A stretch of DNA of 64,000 nucleotides from a virus, in the IMG/VR virus record IMGVR_UViG_3300035696_000018, positions 1 through 64,000 of that record; one strand, written 5' to 3'. Shown here one piece after another: positions 23,714 through 31,846 of the stretch. Position 1 is the stretch's first letter. Each line of letters opens with the position of its first letter. Under the pieces are notes generated by a model. The model was not told the DNA's origin and made no database searches. It was given only the letters and a program-made list of their open reading frames with translations. The translations under genes and the position numbers were made by a program.

Positions 23714-24162
23714 TTTACTGGTTCATAGGACAACCTGGGTGTGGCAAGACCACACTAGCCAAACGACTTAAGGCTCGTTTCGATAACGACACGATTGGTG
23801 CCATTCACCTTGATGGTGATGACCTTCGCAAAATCTTCGGGAATGCTTACAACAGGGAGCATTTCACCAGAGACTATCGCATCGAATGGACCAAGACGCT
23901 TTAACGATTTGTAGCCCACGTATCGGACCAAGGGGTCCACGTCATCGTTTCCACGGTCAACCCGTACAAAGGCGTGCGAGACGAGTTCAAAAAGAGTCGG
24001 AAGGACATGAAAGAGATTTATGTCTTTACCGATGACGTTCGTGGGCGTGAAAACTATCATGTGGCCGATTTCGAACCACCCGAGACGAACTACATTGGAA
24101 TCAAAACTGGCGGTGGACGAAGCGAAGAAGAGTCGTTTCAAACCTTACTCTCATACCTATGA
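23710..24162 (+). pseudogene. cysC: adenylyl-sulfate kinase (CysC)-like gene with in-frame TAA at 23902-23904
   Basis: WFIGQPGCGKTT, LDGDDLR; frame resumes RFVAH..VIVSTVNPY..R..FEPP after the stop. Confidence 0.75.
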
Positions 24163-24659
24163 AGAAACTTTGGCAATCCATCCTCGACTGGCGAATATTC
24201 AGCCATTTCTGGCGGGACCGCATTTGGTATGAGCATGTCTCTTCTCGTCTTCGCCCCCGTAACAAGTGGCTTACGAAGCAGATTCCCCGCACTTGGATTG
24301 ACAAGGACACCATTCTCGAAATCGTCGTCCTCGGGTGCCTCAAGCATTACTGCGAAAAGGATGGAGAAGATTGCTTCAACGTTTTAAGCTGCGACAGTCC
24401 CGAGTGGCAAGCGGAGTTCATGCGGGAAGTCAAACGCCAGTACGAACTGACGACTCAGAAGTTGGTCGCCTTGCAGAAAGAGTTGGATGCCGAATGGGAT
24501 AACGTTCCGCACCGTGACTTGAGCGAAATCAACAAGAGCACGAGGGAGGACTACGACCGCATTTACGGCAAGATTGACCGCTTGGACAAAGAGATTTACG
24601 ACTTGCAGACCGAGATTATGGTGTGGGTCGTCAAACACAGAAACGAGTTGTGGACATGA
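24159..24659 (+). CDS. hypothetical phage protein
   Basis: ORF coupled on both sides. Confidence 0.7.
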   Translation: MKKLWQSILDWRIFSHFWRDRIWYEHVSSRLRPRNKWLTKQIPRTWIDKDTILEIVVLGCLKHYCEKDGEDCFNVLSCDSPEWQAEFMREVKRQYELTTQKLVALQKELDAEWDNVPHRDLSEINKSTREDYDRIYGKIDRLDKEIYDLQTEIMVWVVKHRNELWT

Positions 24660-25246
24660 GTTGGAATAGAGAATATTCGAGAGAATTGGCACGACTACTG
24701 GTTAACAGTATCGGGATGCAAGATTTTTCTCGAATTGTTCATATTTGTCACTTTGTCATGCAAACCGAATCACTTGAGGGTGACATTGTTGAGTTTGGGT
24801 GTTATGTTGGCGATACCGCAAAACTGATTACAAAACTCACCAAGAAAACGGTTCATGTTTATGACAGTTTCAAGGGACTTCCTAACGATGGCCGAAACGC
24901 TGTTGTCAAAGAAAAACTACTGGAGAATTTCAATAGAGATAACATTCGGCTCCCCACCATTCACGAAGGATGGTTTAAGGATTTGAAACCCGAGGATATA
25001 CCTCAAAAAATCTCGCTTGCACATTTGGATGGAGATTTGTATTCTAGCATCCAAGAATCATTGAGCCTCGTGTATGGAAGAATGGTTCGGGGTGGCATCA
25101 TCCTTGTGGATGACTACAAAGACCCAGAATGGCCAGAAGTGACACCGGCAGTTGATGATTTTTTTGCCGATAAGTCGGATGATTTTTTGTGGCTTGGCGG
25201 CATAAATGGTAAAGCCTGCACAAAGGCATGTGTGAGAAAGTTATGA
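24656..25246 (+). CDS. TylF/MycF-family O-methyltransferase
   Basis: GDIVEFGCYVG, YDSFKGLP, GWFKD, AHLDGDLYSS, GGIILVDDY. Confidence 0.85.
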   Translation: MSWNREYSRELARLLVNSIGMQDFSRIVHICHFVMQTESLEGDIVEFGCYVGDTAKLITKLTKKTVHVYDSFKGLPNDGRNAVVKEKLLENFNRDNIRLPTIHEGWFKDLKPEDIPQKISLAHLDGDLYSSIQESLSLVYGRMVRGGIILVDDYKDPEWPEVTPAVDDFFADKSDDFLWLGGINGKACTKACVRKL

Positions 25247-25686
25247 AAAGAATAGGGTTGTATCCAGGGTCGTTTGACCCGTTTCATGTTGGCCATCTGG
25301 ACATTGTTCGTCAGGCTCAAAGAGTCTTTGATGATATTTATGTCGTCAGAGCCATCAACCCCGACAAGGCAACCCCTACCACCCAATTGCCCGAGACATT
25401 TCTGAACGAAATGAAGGTGCTCTGCACCACGCAATCGGGTTTGATTCCCGATTACGTCAAGAGTTTCGAGCGTTCGGGCCATGATGTTACTCTCATTCGT
25501 GGTCTTCGCAGTGGTGCCGATTTGGCTTACGAACAGAACCTTGTTGCGTTCTTACGCAATATGCATCCGCAAATCAAGGTTGTCTTTTTTCTTTGCGACC
25601 CGAAGTACCAACATGTTAGCTCAAGTGCGTTGCGGGGAATCCGCCAGTTCTCCGAGGAAGAGTATCGAAAATACGCCCTCGGATAA
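25243..25686 (+). CDS. coaD: phosphopantetheine adenylyltransferase
   Basis: YPGSFDPFHVGHLDIV, NPDK, LIRGLR..DLAYE, VSSS. Confidence 0.85.
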   Translation: MKRIGLYPGSFDPFHVGHLDIVRQAQRVFDDIYVVRAINPDKATPTTQLPETFLNEMKVLCTTQSGLIPDYVKSFERSGHDVTLIRGLRSGADLAYEQNLVAFLRNMHPQIKVVFFLCDPKYQHVSSSALRGIRQFSEEEYRKYALG

Positions 25687-25767
25687 AAAAACGACAGGGG
25701 CTTGACATTTGAGGATTCTGTGCTATATTTATGGTCAGATATTCGGATTGTTCTTTGTTAGCTTGAT

Positions 25768-25859
25768 TGCGGGGTGAAGGAAAAGAGCCTTGCCTGTTTC
25801 ATAAGCAGGATACTGAAAATGCGTATAAGTGGACCAAGACCCGCCCTATTCCGCAACCA
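25768..25859 (+). tRNA. tRNA-Met(CAT)-like, atypical T and variable region
   Basis: CCTGT-TT-CAT-AA-GCAGG, TGCGGGG/TTCCGCA-ACCA. Confidence 0.55.
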
Positions 25860-25864
25860 ATTTG

Positions 25865-25989
25865 GAGATGCACACTGCAACACAAAAAATTCGAGGATTC
25901 GTCCTCGCCATGTCGGGCCTATCGGACGTTAAACGAGGGGCGGAAGAAGACCGTGTAGTTTATAGTGCTACGTCAAATTGATGCATCTC
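25865..25989 (+). ncRNA. ACAGC-family stem element
   Basis: GAGATGCA-C-ACTGCAA...TGCATCTC. Confidence 0.5.
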
Positions 25990-25994
25990 GTCAC

Positions 25995-26069
25995 GGGGCT
26001 ATCTGTACAACGGTAGTACGGCAGCTTTGCAAGCTGTAGATAGGGGTTCGACTCCCCTTAGCTCCACCA
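25995..26069 (+). tRNA. tRNA-Ala(TGC)
   Basis: G3-U70, GCAGC-TT-TGC-AA-GCTGT. Confidence 0.9.
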
Positions 26070-26286
26070 ACTTCGACACAGAATCGGGGGGAAAGTAACC
26101 CAATGTCTGTGAGAGCACCCCAATGGCTTTTGCGGGGTGCAAATTTAACCGAGCCGAGTGGCAACGGTGTGCCGAGACTGGTTAAGGGCCAGCTACACAA
26201 GACTCAGAAGGAGTCTATAAATATTCTGGAAAGTCCTCGCCTAATGGCGAGGTACATCTCGCCGAGGGGCACTTCCCCTTGGTTGC

Positions 26287-26360
26287 GGGGCTATCGTTCA
26301 ACAGTAGGACACGAGTATGGCATACTTGAGATTAGGGTGCGATTCCCTATAGCTCCACCA
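26287..26360 (+). tRNA. tRNA-Ala(GGC)
   Basis: G3-U70, CGAGT-AT-GGC-AT-ACTTG. Confidence 0.85.
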
Positions 26361-26407
26361 ATTTGCCGAACACAGAGTTCGGCAGAACGTACGTACAACA
26401 AAATCAT

Positions 26408-26929
26408 ATGAAGAAACTCTTCGCAACATTCGGTCTCGTGGTCGGTATCCTGCTTGCAGGCTGCACCACGCTCAACAACCTGACTCCCGCTCAGGTTGCT
26501 CAAATCGGCACAGTCATTACGCAAGTAGCTGACGAAGGTGCTGTCTATGCCATTCAACAAAGCCCAGCAAACAAGGCTTATTTCGTGGCATCAATCCCAG
26601 TTCTTGACAATTTCGCCAACGGCACGGACCTTTCCCCAACGGCTCTTCAAGGAGCACTCGCTGGAACTTCGCTCGCAACGAACCAATGGGTAGGATTGGC
26701 CATTACCGCAGTTGTCACTGCATACGACGTTTCGTATAGCCAATACATTTCGGGTCAGTTGACTAATGCCCCGTATGCCAAGGCTTGGATTGTCGCTGTT
26801 GAAACGGGATTCAAGGAAGCAACCGGAGTTGCCGCAAGCAAGACTGTTGCTGGCACGCCAGCATGGGTTGTGAAGGGTAAGGTTGACAAGGCTGTCATTA
26901 CGGCTCGGGTCAAAGCAGCAAGAAAGTAA
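26408..26929 (+). CDS. putative lipoprotein
   Basis: LAGC lipobox. Confidence 0.75.
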   Translation: MKKLFATFGLVVGILLAGCTTLNNLTPAQVAQIGTVITQVADEGAVYAIQQSPANKAYFVASIPVLDNFANGTDLSPTALQGALAGTSLATNQWVGLAITAVVTAYDVSYSQYISGQLTNAPYAKAWIVAVETGFKEATGVAASKTVAGTPAWVVKGKVDKAVITARVKAARK

Positions 26930-26956
26930 TACTTTCACTGCATTCGGAATTACGAG

Positions 26957-26990
26957 AGACCCCGCCCCGTTTGGCGGGGTTTCTTTTTTC
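26957..26990 (+). terminator. intrinsic terminator
   Basis: ACCCCGCC..GGCGGGGT then T-rich tract. Confidence 0.7.
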
Positions 26991-27041
26991 TTCAAAGGGC
27001 TTGACATTTCGGAAAGACCTGCTATATTTATAGTCAAAGAT

Positions 27042-27115
27042 TGGAGTTTGGTGTAACGGTAGCACGCACGGCTCTGACCCGTTCAGTGTGGGTTCGATTC
27101 CTACAACTCCAGCCA
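27042..27115 (+). tRNA. tRNA-Gln(CTG)
   Basis: ACGG-CT-CTG-AC-CCGT, GCCA. Confidence 0.85.
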
Positions 27116-27317
27116 ATTTTGTTCTTTGACGTAGCAGACATACCAAAAGCGTATATCCCCGTCGTGTGGACACACGGGACTAACGCCCGCAATAAGTAGG
27201 CACTTAAGTTGTGCCGAAGAGGGCGATGGGAGGCCACAACCCAAAGAGTGGCTATGCGAAGACGGCGACGGCGGTCTAGGTCATAAATGAACTGTCATAA
27301 GGGCTACGTCATTCTTT

Positions 27318-27407
27318 GGAAGGATGGATGAGCGGTTTAAGTCACACGCTTGGAAAGCGTGCGGGGCGTTAAAACCCCCGTGGGTTCGAATCCCACTCCT
27401 TCCGCCA
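27318..27407 (+). tRNA. tRNA-Ser(GGA)
   Basis: CACGC-TT-GGA-AA-GCGTG. Confidence 0.95.
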
Positions 27408-27413
27408 ATTTCT

Positions 27414-27611
27414 ATGTCGCACGGTCCTCGCTCATATCTTAGGCTCGGCAGAAAAGGTCTGCAAGGTGACTTGGGCGGGTACTTCAACGGGTTCGTGAAA
27501 CCTGGGACGAAGTTAGACAAACGGAGAGCCGCCCGTCGTGTGAGACATGCAAAAGATGTTTCCGATGGAAAAGAATATCGAAAGCTTTGGGGATACTGGG
27601 AATGGTGCTAA
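27414..27611 (+). CDS. small basic hypothetical protein
   Basis: ATG after a tRNA. Confidence 0.55.
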   Translation: MSHGPRSYLRLGRKGLQGDLGGYFNGFVKPGTKLDKRRAARRVRHAKDVSDGKEYRKLWGYWEWC

Positions 27612-27766
27612 ATCCGAACTGGATAAAGCACTTGAAAGCATCTTCACCATTGATGGTCGAGGACGCCCCGCCAAGGCTAAGTTGTTTTTGCTGATAATGC
27701 AAAAGTATAGCCAAGACGAAGTGTTCAAGGGCATCGAGGAAATCAGCAAACGCAAATGGTTTTAAC

Positions 27767-27858
27767 GGTAGGTTGGCAGAGCACGGCTTATTGTACCTGT
27801 TTCGAAAACAGGAGCGGCCTAAAAACCGCCGGGGGTTCGAATCCCTCACCTACCGCCA
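27767..27858 (+). tRNA. tRNA-Ser(CGA)
   Basis: CCTGT-TT-CGA-AA-ACAGG. Confidence 0.9.
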
Positions 27859-27919
27859 CTTTCAAAAGACTTGACACACGTCTCGAAGTGTGTTAAATTA
27901 GCAGCGTAAACTCAAAGTT

Positions 27920-28192
27920 ATGACAACACTACCAATCTGGTTCCTCGTTCTGAGTCTTTTCCTCCCAAGGATTGCACTCATCGCCGCTTTCTTCACTGAT
28001 GGGGCATTCCCCCATTTGTTCACCAAATGGCTGTCCGTCCCGATGGCCTTCTTCATCCCCCGAGTTCTCGTTCTCATTGCCATCGGCACTGTGATGGGAA
28101 TCTGCACATGGTTTTGGATTCACCTTATCATCGCACTCATAGTTTGGTTCCTCTCGGCGGTGCATGGGATGGCCCAAGCCAACAAGAAGTAA
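27920..28192 (+). CDS. small integral membrane protein
   Basis: three hydrophobic segments; sigma70 promoter upstream. Confidence 0.7.
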   Translation: MTTLPIWFLVLSLFLPRIALIAAFFTDGAFPHLFTKWLSVPMAFFIPRVLVLIAIGTVMGICTWFWIHLIIALIVWFLSAVHGMAQANKK

Positions 28193-28494
28193 TGAAAGAC
28201 ACGACTCCAAGCGAACTGATGCTAAAATGTGCCTGTAGCTCCGAGGCATTGGAGTTGACACATTGGCCCAATGAGGACGTGCCAGATGAGTTTTGGTTTT
28301 CGATATGGCAGCAAGGGTTTGATAACCGCCTTTGCTGGCGTGAACGATTTCGATGGTGTTGGAACATCCTTCGCACGGGGAAGCCGTGGGGAGACAATAT
28401 CATCCTAAACCCGGAACAAGCGGGAGAAATCGCTCGTTTCATATCGAAACACTCAATACCACCAAAAGACAATGGCAAAGAGACCTCAAGATAA
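28192..28494 (+). CDS. hypothetical protein
   Basis: coupled start, Trp-rich. Confidence 0.65.
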   Translation: MKDTTPSELMLKCACSSEALELTHWPNEDVPDEFWFSIWQQGFDNRLCWRERFRWCWNILRTGKPWGDNIILNPEQAGEIARFISKHSIPPKDNGKETSR

Positions 28495-28720
28495 ATCGGC
28501 CCCGTCGAACCCTCAACCGACGACCAGCGGTAAACCAGAGGCAAGGCCCATTAAGTTCGTAGTTGTTCGGGATGGGCATAGAGTATCCGAGAAGGAGTAT
28601 GACTCGCCCACGGACCCCGCTTGCGTGGCCGAAATCGCCTTTTGGCGTAACGTCTCCAAGAACCGTTCCTACGGGCCGTTCAATTCGATTCCAAGAAACA
28701 TCGAGTGTGGAGCGGGGTGA
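28472..28720 (+). CDS. hypothetical protein
   Basis: ORF followed by terminator GCCGCCC/GGGCGGC-T run. Confidence 0.6.
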   Translation: MAKRPQDKSAPSNPQPTTSGKPEARPIKFVVVRDGHRVSEKEYDSPTDPACVAEIAFWRNVSKNRSYGPFNSIPRNIECGAG

Positions 28721-28808
28721 AATAACTCCACATTCAAATGCGTCAGCCGCCCGTTATGGGCGGCTTTTTTTATGTACCTTTGGTAGTACGTATCTCATAT
28801 TTATTGGC

Positions 28809-29183
28809 ATGGTCAGAAAAAAGAGACAGACCACAATGCCAGTAAACGAGTTATACATATTACCATCTCCCAACGACGAGATGCGGAAGTTTGTCACCAA
28901 ATTTAAGGTGGACATGATGGAGCACGTCGTATCTTCAATTAAGTTCGCAGTAGAGAACAAGCTTCCCATCGTGGAAGTGTTTCAATTCAAGGATTCCCCA
29001 TTCGTTGTCACAATCAACGAGAAGGAATTCATGCCCAATCTATCACACATTCGTAAGTACTACATGGACCATGAACTCTATGAACTGTGCCCGAAGGTGG
29101 AAAAGTTATGCGAAACTCTAACGAAGAATCCTGATGAAAAAGAGAAACAAGAACCTGACGGAAGTAATAACCCCAACTCCTAA
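28809..29183 (+). CDS. hypothetical protein
   Basis: ATG after TATTTAT motif. Confidence 0.65.
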   Translation: MVRKKRQTTMPVNELYILPSPNDEMRKFVTKFKVDMMEHVVSSIKFAVENKLPIVEVFQFKDSPFVVTINEKEFMPNLSHIRKYYMDHELYELCPKVEKLCETLTKNPDEKEKQEPDGSNNPNS

Positions 29184-29895
29184 TGACCTTGTTAAGCAAG
29201 ACCGCAGTCCAATCATACCTCAACGTTTGAAACTCAAGTCAGCCCTCAATATCTACCGCAGGCCGCTGACTGACAAACAACAAGAATTCCTCAAACTCGC
29301 CGAAGATAAAGCCACCAAGGTAATCTTCGTTTCCGGACCCGCCGGAACTGCAAAAACATACCTATCCATTCTTCACGCTCTCATTATGATTAACGAGAAG
29401 CGTGTAAGTGACCTTGTGTACGTCCGCAGTGCGGTTGAGTGCTCCGATGCTAAACTCGGTTTCCTGCCTGGAGAAGCAGACGAGAAGATGACTCCCTATA
29501 TCCAACCACTGCTTGATAAGCTGACCGAACTATTGCCGAAGGGAGACATTGACCTTCTGCTCAAAGAAGAGCGTGTCACAGGAGTCCCCGTGGGCTTTCT
29601 GCGTGGTCTAAACTGGAATGCGAAGGTCGTTATTGCTGATGAAGCTCAGAACATGACCTTCAAGGAACTTTTCACACTTATTACACGCACCGGGGAGTTT
29701 TCAAAAGTATTTATATTAGGCGACCCAGAGCAAAGCGACATCAATGGGAAAAGTGGCTTTATAAAAATGCAAAGCTACTTCGATGACGACGAAAGTCGAG
29801 CCAATGGTATCCATGTGTTTCGCTTCACGGAGGACGATATTGTCCGTAGCGGACTTGTCCAATTCATCATCAAGAAGATAAAAAAAGCTCTGTAA
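29134..29895 (+). CDS. phoH: PhoH-family ATPase
   Basis: GPAGTAKT, LGFLPG, FLRG, DEAQN, GDPEQSD, DIVRS. Confidence 0.95.
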   Translation: MKKRNKNLTEVITPTPNDLVKQDRSPIIPQRLKLKSALNIYRRPLTDKQQEFLKLAEDKATKVIFVSGPAGTAKTYLSILHALIMINEKRVSDLVYVRSAVECSDAKLGFLPGEADEKMTPYIQPLLDKLTELLPKGDIDLLLKEERVTGVPVGFLRGLNWNAKVVIADEAQNMTFKELFTLITRTGEFSKVFILGDPEQSDINGKSGFIKMQSYFDDDESRANGIHVFRFTEDDIVRSGLVQFIIKKIKKAL

Positions 29896-29914
29896 TCGCT
29901 ATGTATAGGATATT

Positions 29915-31843
29915 ATGGCGAACAAGCGTGTATCAGAACTGGCACCCATCACTGCCCCCGAGTTGGACTTTGCAGACCTCCTGCTCTTGTCCGACATTAC
30001 GGCACATGAGTCGAAGAAGTTACAACTGAGTGACCTCAGCAACTTTTTGCTGCTTGATGGGCAGCTAACAGGTTCTCTGCTTGGCACCGCCAGCTACGCC
30101 TTTTGGGCTGGCACGGCATCATTTGCCCTGAACTCATCCGTTCCTTCCAACGTGCTCACAGCCTCCTATCTGTGGTACACTCCCGGCTCGAACACTGGAA
30201 CCTCTTCATACGCTCTTGCTGCTCTATCAGCATCCTATGCGTTGAGTAGTTCCTATGCCATTACCGCTTCCTACGCTCTAACTTCATCCGTGGAGTTGGT
30301 ATATTCATCTGCGTTTGCCGACTATGCTCGAACGGCTTCCTATTTGCTATTCACCCCAGGTTCAACTAACGGAACTGCATCGTATGCATTGACCGCCTCA
30401 TACCTTGTCGGTGGAATTTACCAAGTCTCGGCTTCCTATGCTTCTACGTCATCTTGGGCTTGGGATGCCATCTTCGCTTCTGCATCGCTGGTTTCCTCAC
30501 AAAGTTTCTCTTCTTCGTATTCCAACACAGCATCATTCATGCAGTTCAACGGAGTTCCTAACGGAACCGCCTCCTATGCTCTGGTCGCCGGTAACGTCAT
30601 CAACAACCGTGTGGACTATGGTATCTTTACTGCCATAAGCACGTCCGTCTCAAGTTCTCAACTTGACGTAGTAGCTGTGACTCCAACGTTCGGAGGATTG
30701 AAAAATCTCACGGTTCAAGCAGTCGGAACCTACAAGGCTCCATACACAACTTCTGTGGATGGAACGATTCAACTTTGGGCTGTCAACCGTGCATACGGCA
30801 TATCCCAATCTCTCGATTCGACCCCAATCACATTCCAAGCTGGTGGAGTCAACCAAATTTCTGGAACAATTCGTTCGACTTTCGTATTGAATGGTCAAGC
30901 AAAAGTTTACGGATTGTATGAGGTTTTCGTTACTGCATCGAACGGTGTTTTCATCAGTTCCAAGAGAGCAACTCAGTACGATATTGTGAGCGACAGCGAC
31001 CAACTCGCCGTTTATCATGCCGAGCCTCTACAGTTTATCACCAGCCCATCAACGGCTATTTTGCTGTATTCGTCAAGCTTGTACCCTGGCGTTGCTTATC
31101 AAGGCTCCGCTTCGCAAGTCACATTCTCGGGGTCATATGATGTGAATCAGCTTCTTGTCCCGCCAGGAAGTGTTGGACAGATGCAATACACTTGGACCCT
31201 CACGGGATGCCAGACGATTGTTGCAGACGGAAATGCAGGATTGACTTCCATTGGTGGTCTTCCAACCAACTGTATTTCATTCTCTGCCGCCAATTGCAGT
31301 TTGGTCGAACTTCCTCCATTGGATAGCGGAAGCCTTTCGTATCTCAATGTTCCTAACAACACAATCGTTACTACATTGAATCCTCCATCGTCCATGAGCT
31401 ACATCAACGTGGCTAACAACTTCTACGTGACACTTCCTCTTACCCTTCCACCAGGATTGTCGGCCATCATTGCTGATGGATTGGGACTCACTTATGTCCC
31501 TTATGGAGTTCCCGATACTCTGCTTACGATGTCGTTCGCAAACTGCGGAAATTTGGCATCATATTTGGCACCCGCATTGCCAGCATCACTTGGTTGGTGG
31601 GATTCCCACAACTCTCCGTTGACGAACTTGCCAACATCTATTCCGACGAACACGCTTTACATGAACGTGTCCAACAATTTGTTGCAGTCAGTAACCATCG
31701 GTGGTATTGCTGCGGGACTCGTTGCTAATGGAAAAAGCAATGGTTATTTCTCGTTCCTGAACAACCCGGGGAGTGCTTCGGCATTCAACATCTTCCCGAA
31801 CATAACTACACTTCGTAGTCGTGGATGGTCAATCATATCCTAA
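29915..31843 (+). CDS. virion fibre-like protein with TASYA repeats and LRR-like C-terminus
   Basis: KRVSEL N-terminus, repeated TAS(Y/F)A, LP..L..L...N repeats. Confidence 0.65.
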   Translation: MANKRVSELAPITAPELDFADLLLLSDITAHESKKLQLSDLSNFLLLDGQLTGSLLGTASYAFWAGTASFALNSSVPSNVLTASYLWYTPGSNTGTSSYALAALSASYALSSSYAITASYALTSSVELVYSSAFADYARTASYLLFTPGSTNGTASYALTASYLVGGIYQVSASYASTSSWAWDAIFASASLVSSQSFSSSYSNTASFMQFNGVPNGTASYALVAGNVINNRVDYGIFTAISTSVSSSQLDVVAVTPTFGGLKNLTVQAVGTYKAPYTTSVDGTIQLWAVNRAYGISQSLDSTPITFQAGGVNQISGTIRSTFVLNGQAKVYGLYEVFVTASNGVFISSKRATQYDIVSDSDQLAVYHAEPLQFITSPSTAILLYSSSLYPGVAYQGSASQVTFSGSYDVNQLLVPPGSVGQMQYTWTLTGCQTIVADGNAGLTSIGGLPTNCISFSAANCSLVELPPLDSGSLSYLNVPNNTIVTTLNPPSSMSYINVANNFYVTLPLTLPPGLSAIIADGLGLTYVPYGVPDTLLTMSFANCGNLASYLAPALPASLGWWDSHNSPLTNLPTSIPTNTLYMNVSNNLLQSVTIGGIAAGLVANGKSNGYFSFLNNPGSASAFNIFPNITTLRSRGWSIIS

Positions 31844-31846
31844 TCT

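Noticed and set aside
13713-23904. Stop-codon reassignment
   Set aside because: The two in-frame stops differ (TGA, TAA), long genes are intact in code 11, and all three stops end genes.
28660-28725. Possible frameshift at the end of 28472-28720 (alternative frame AVQFDSKKHRVW)
   Set aside because: No slippery site or homologue evidence is available from the sequence alone.
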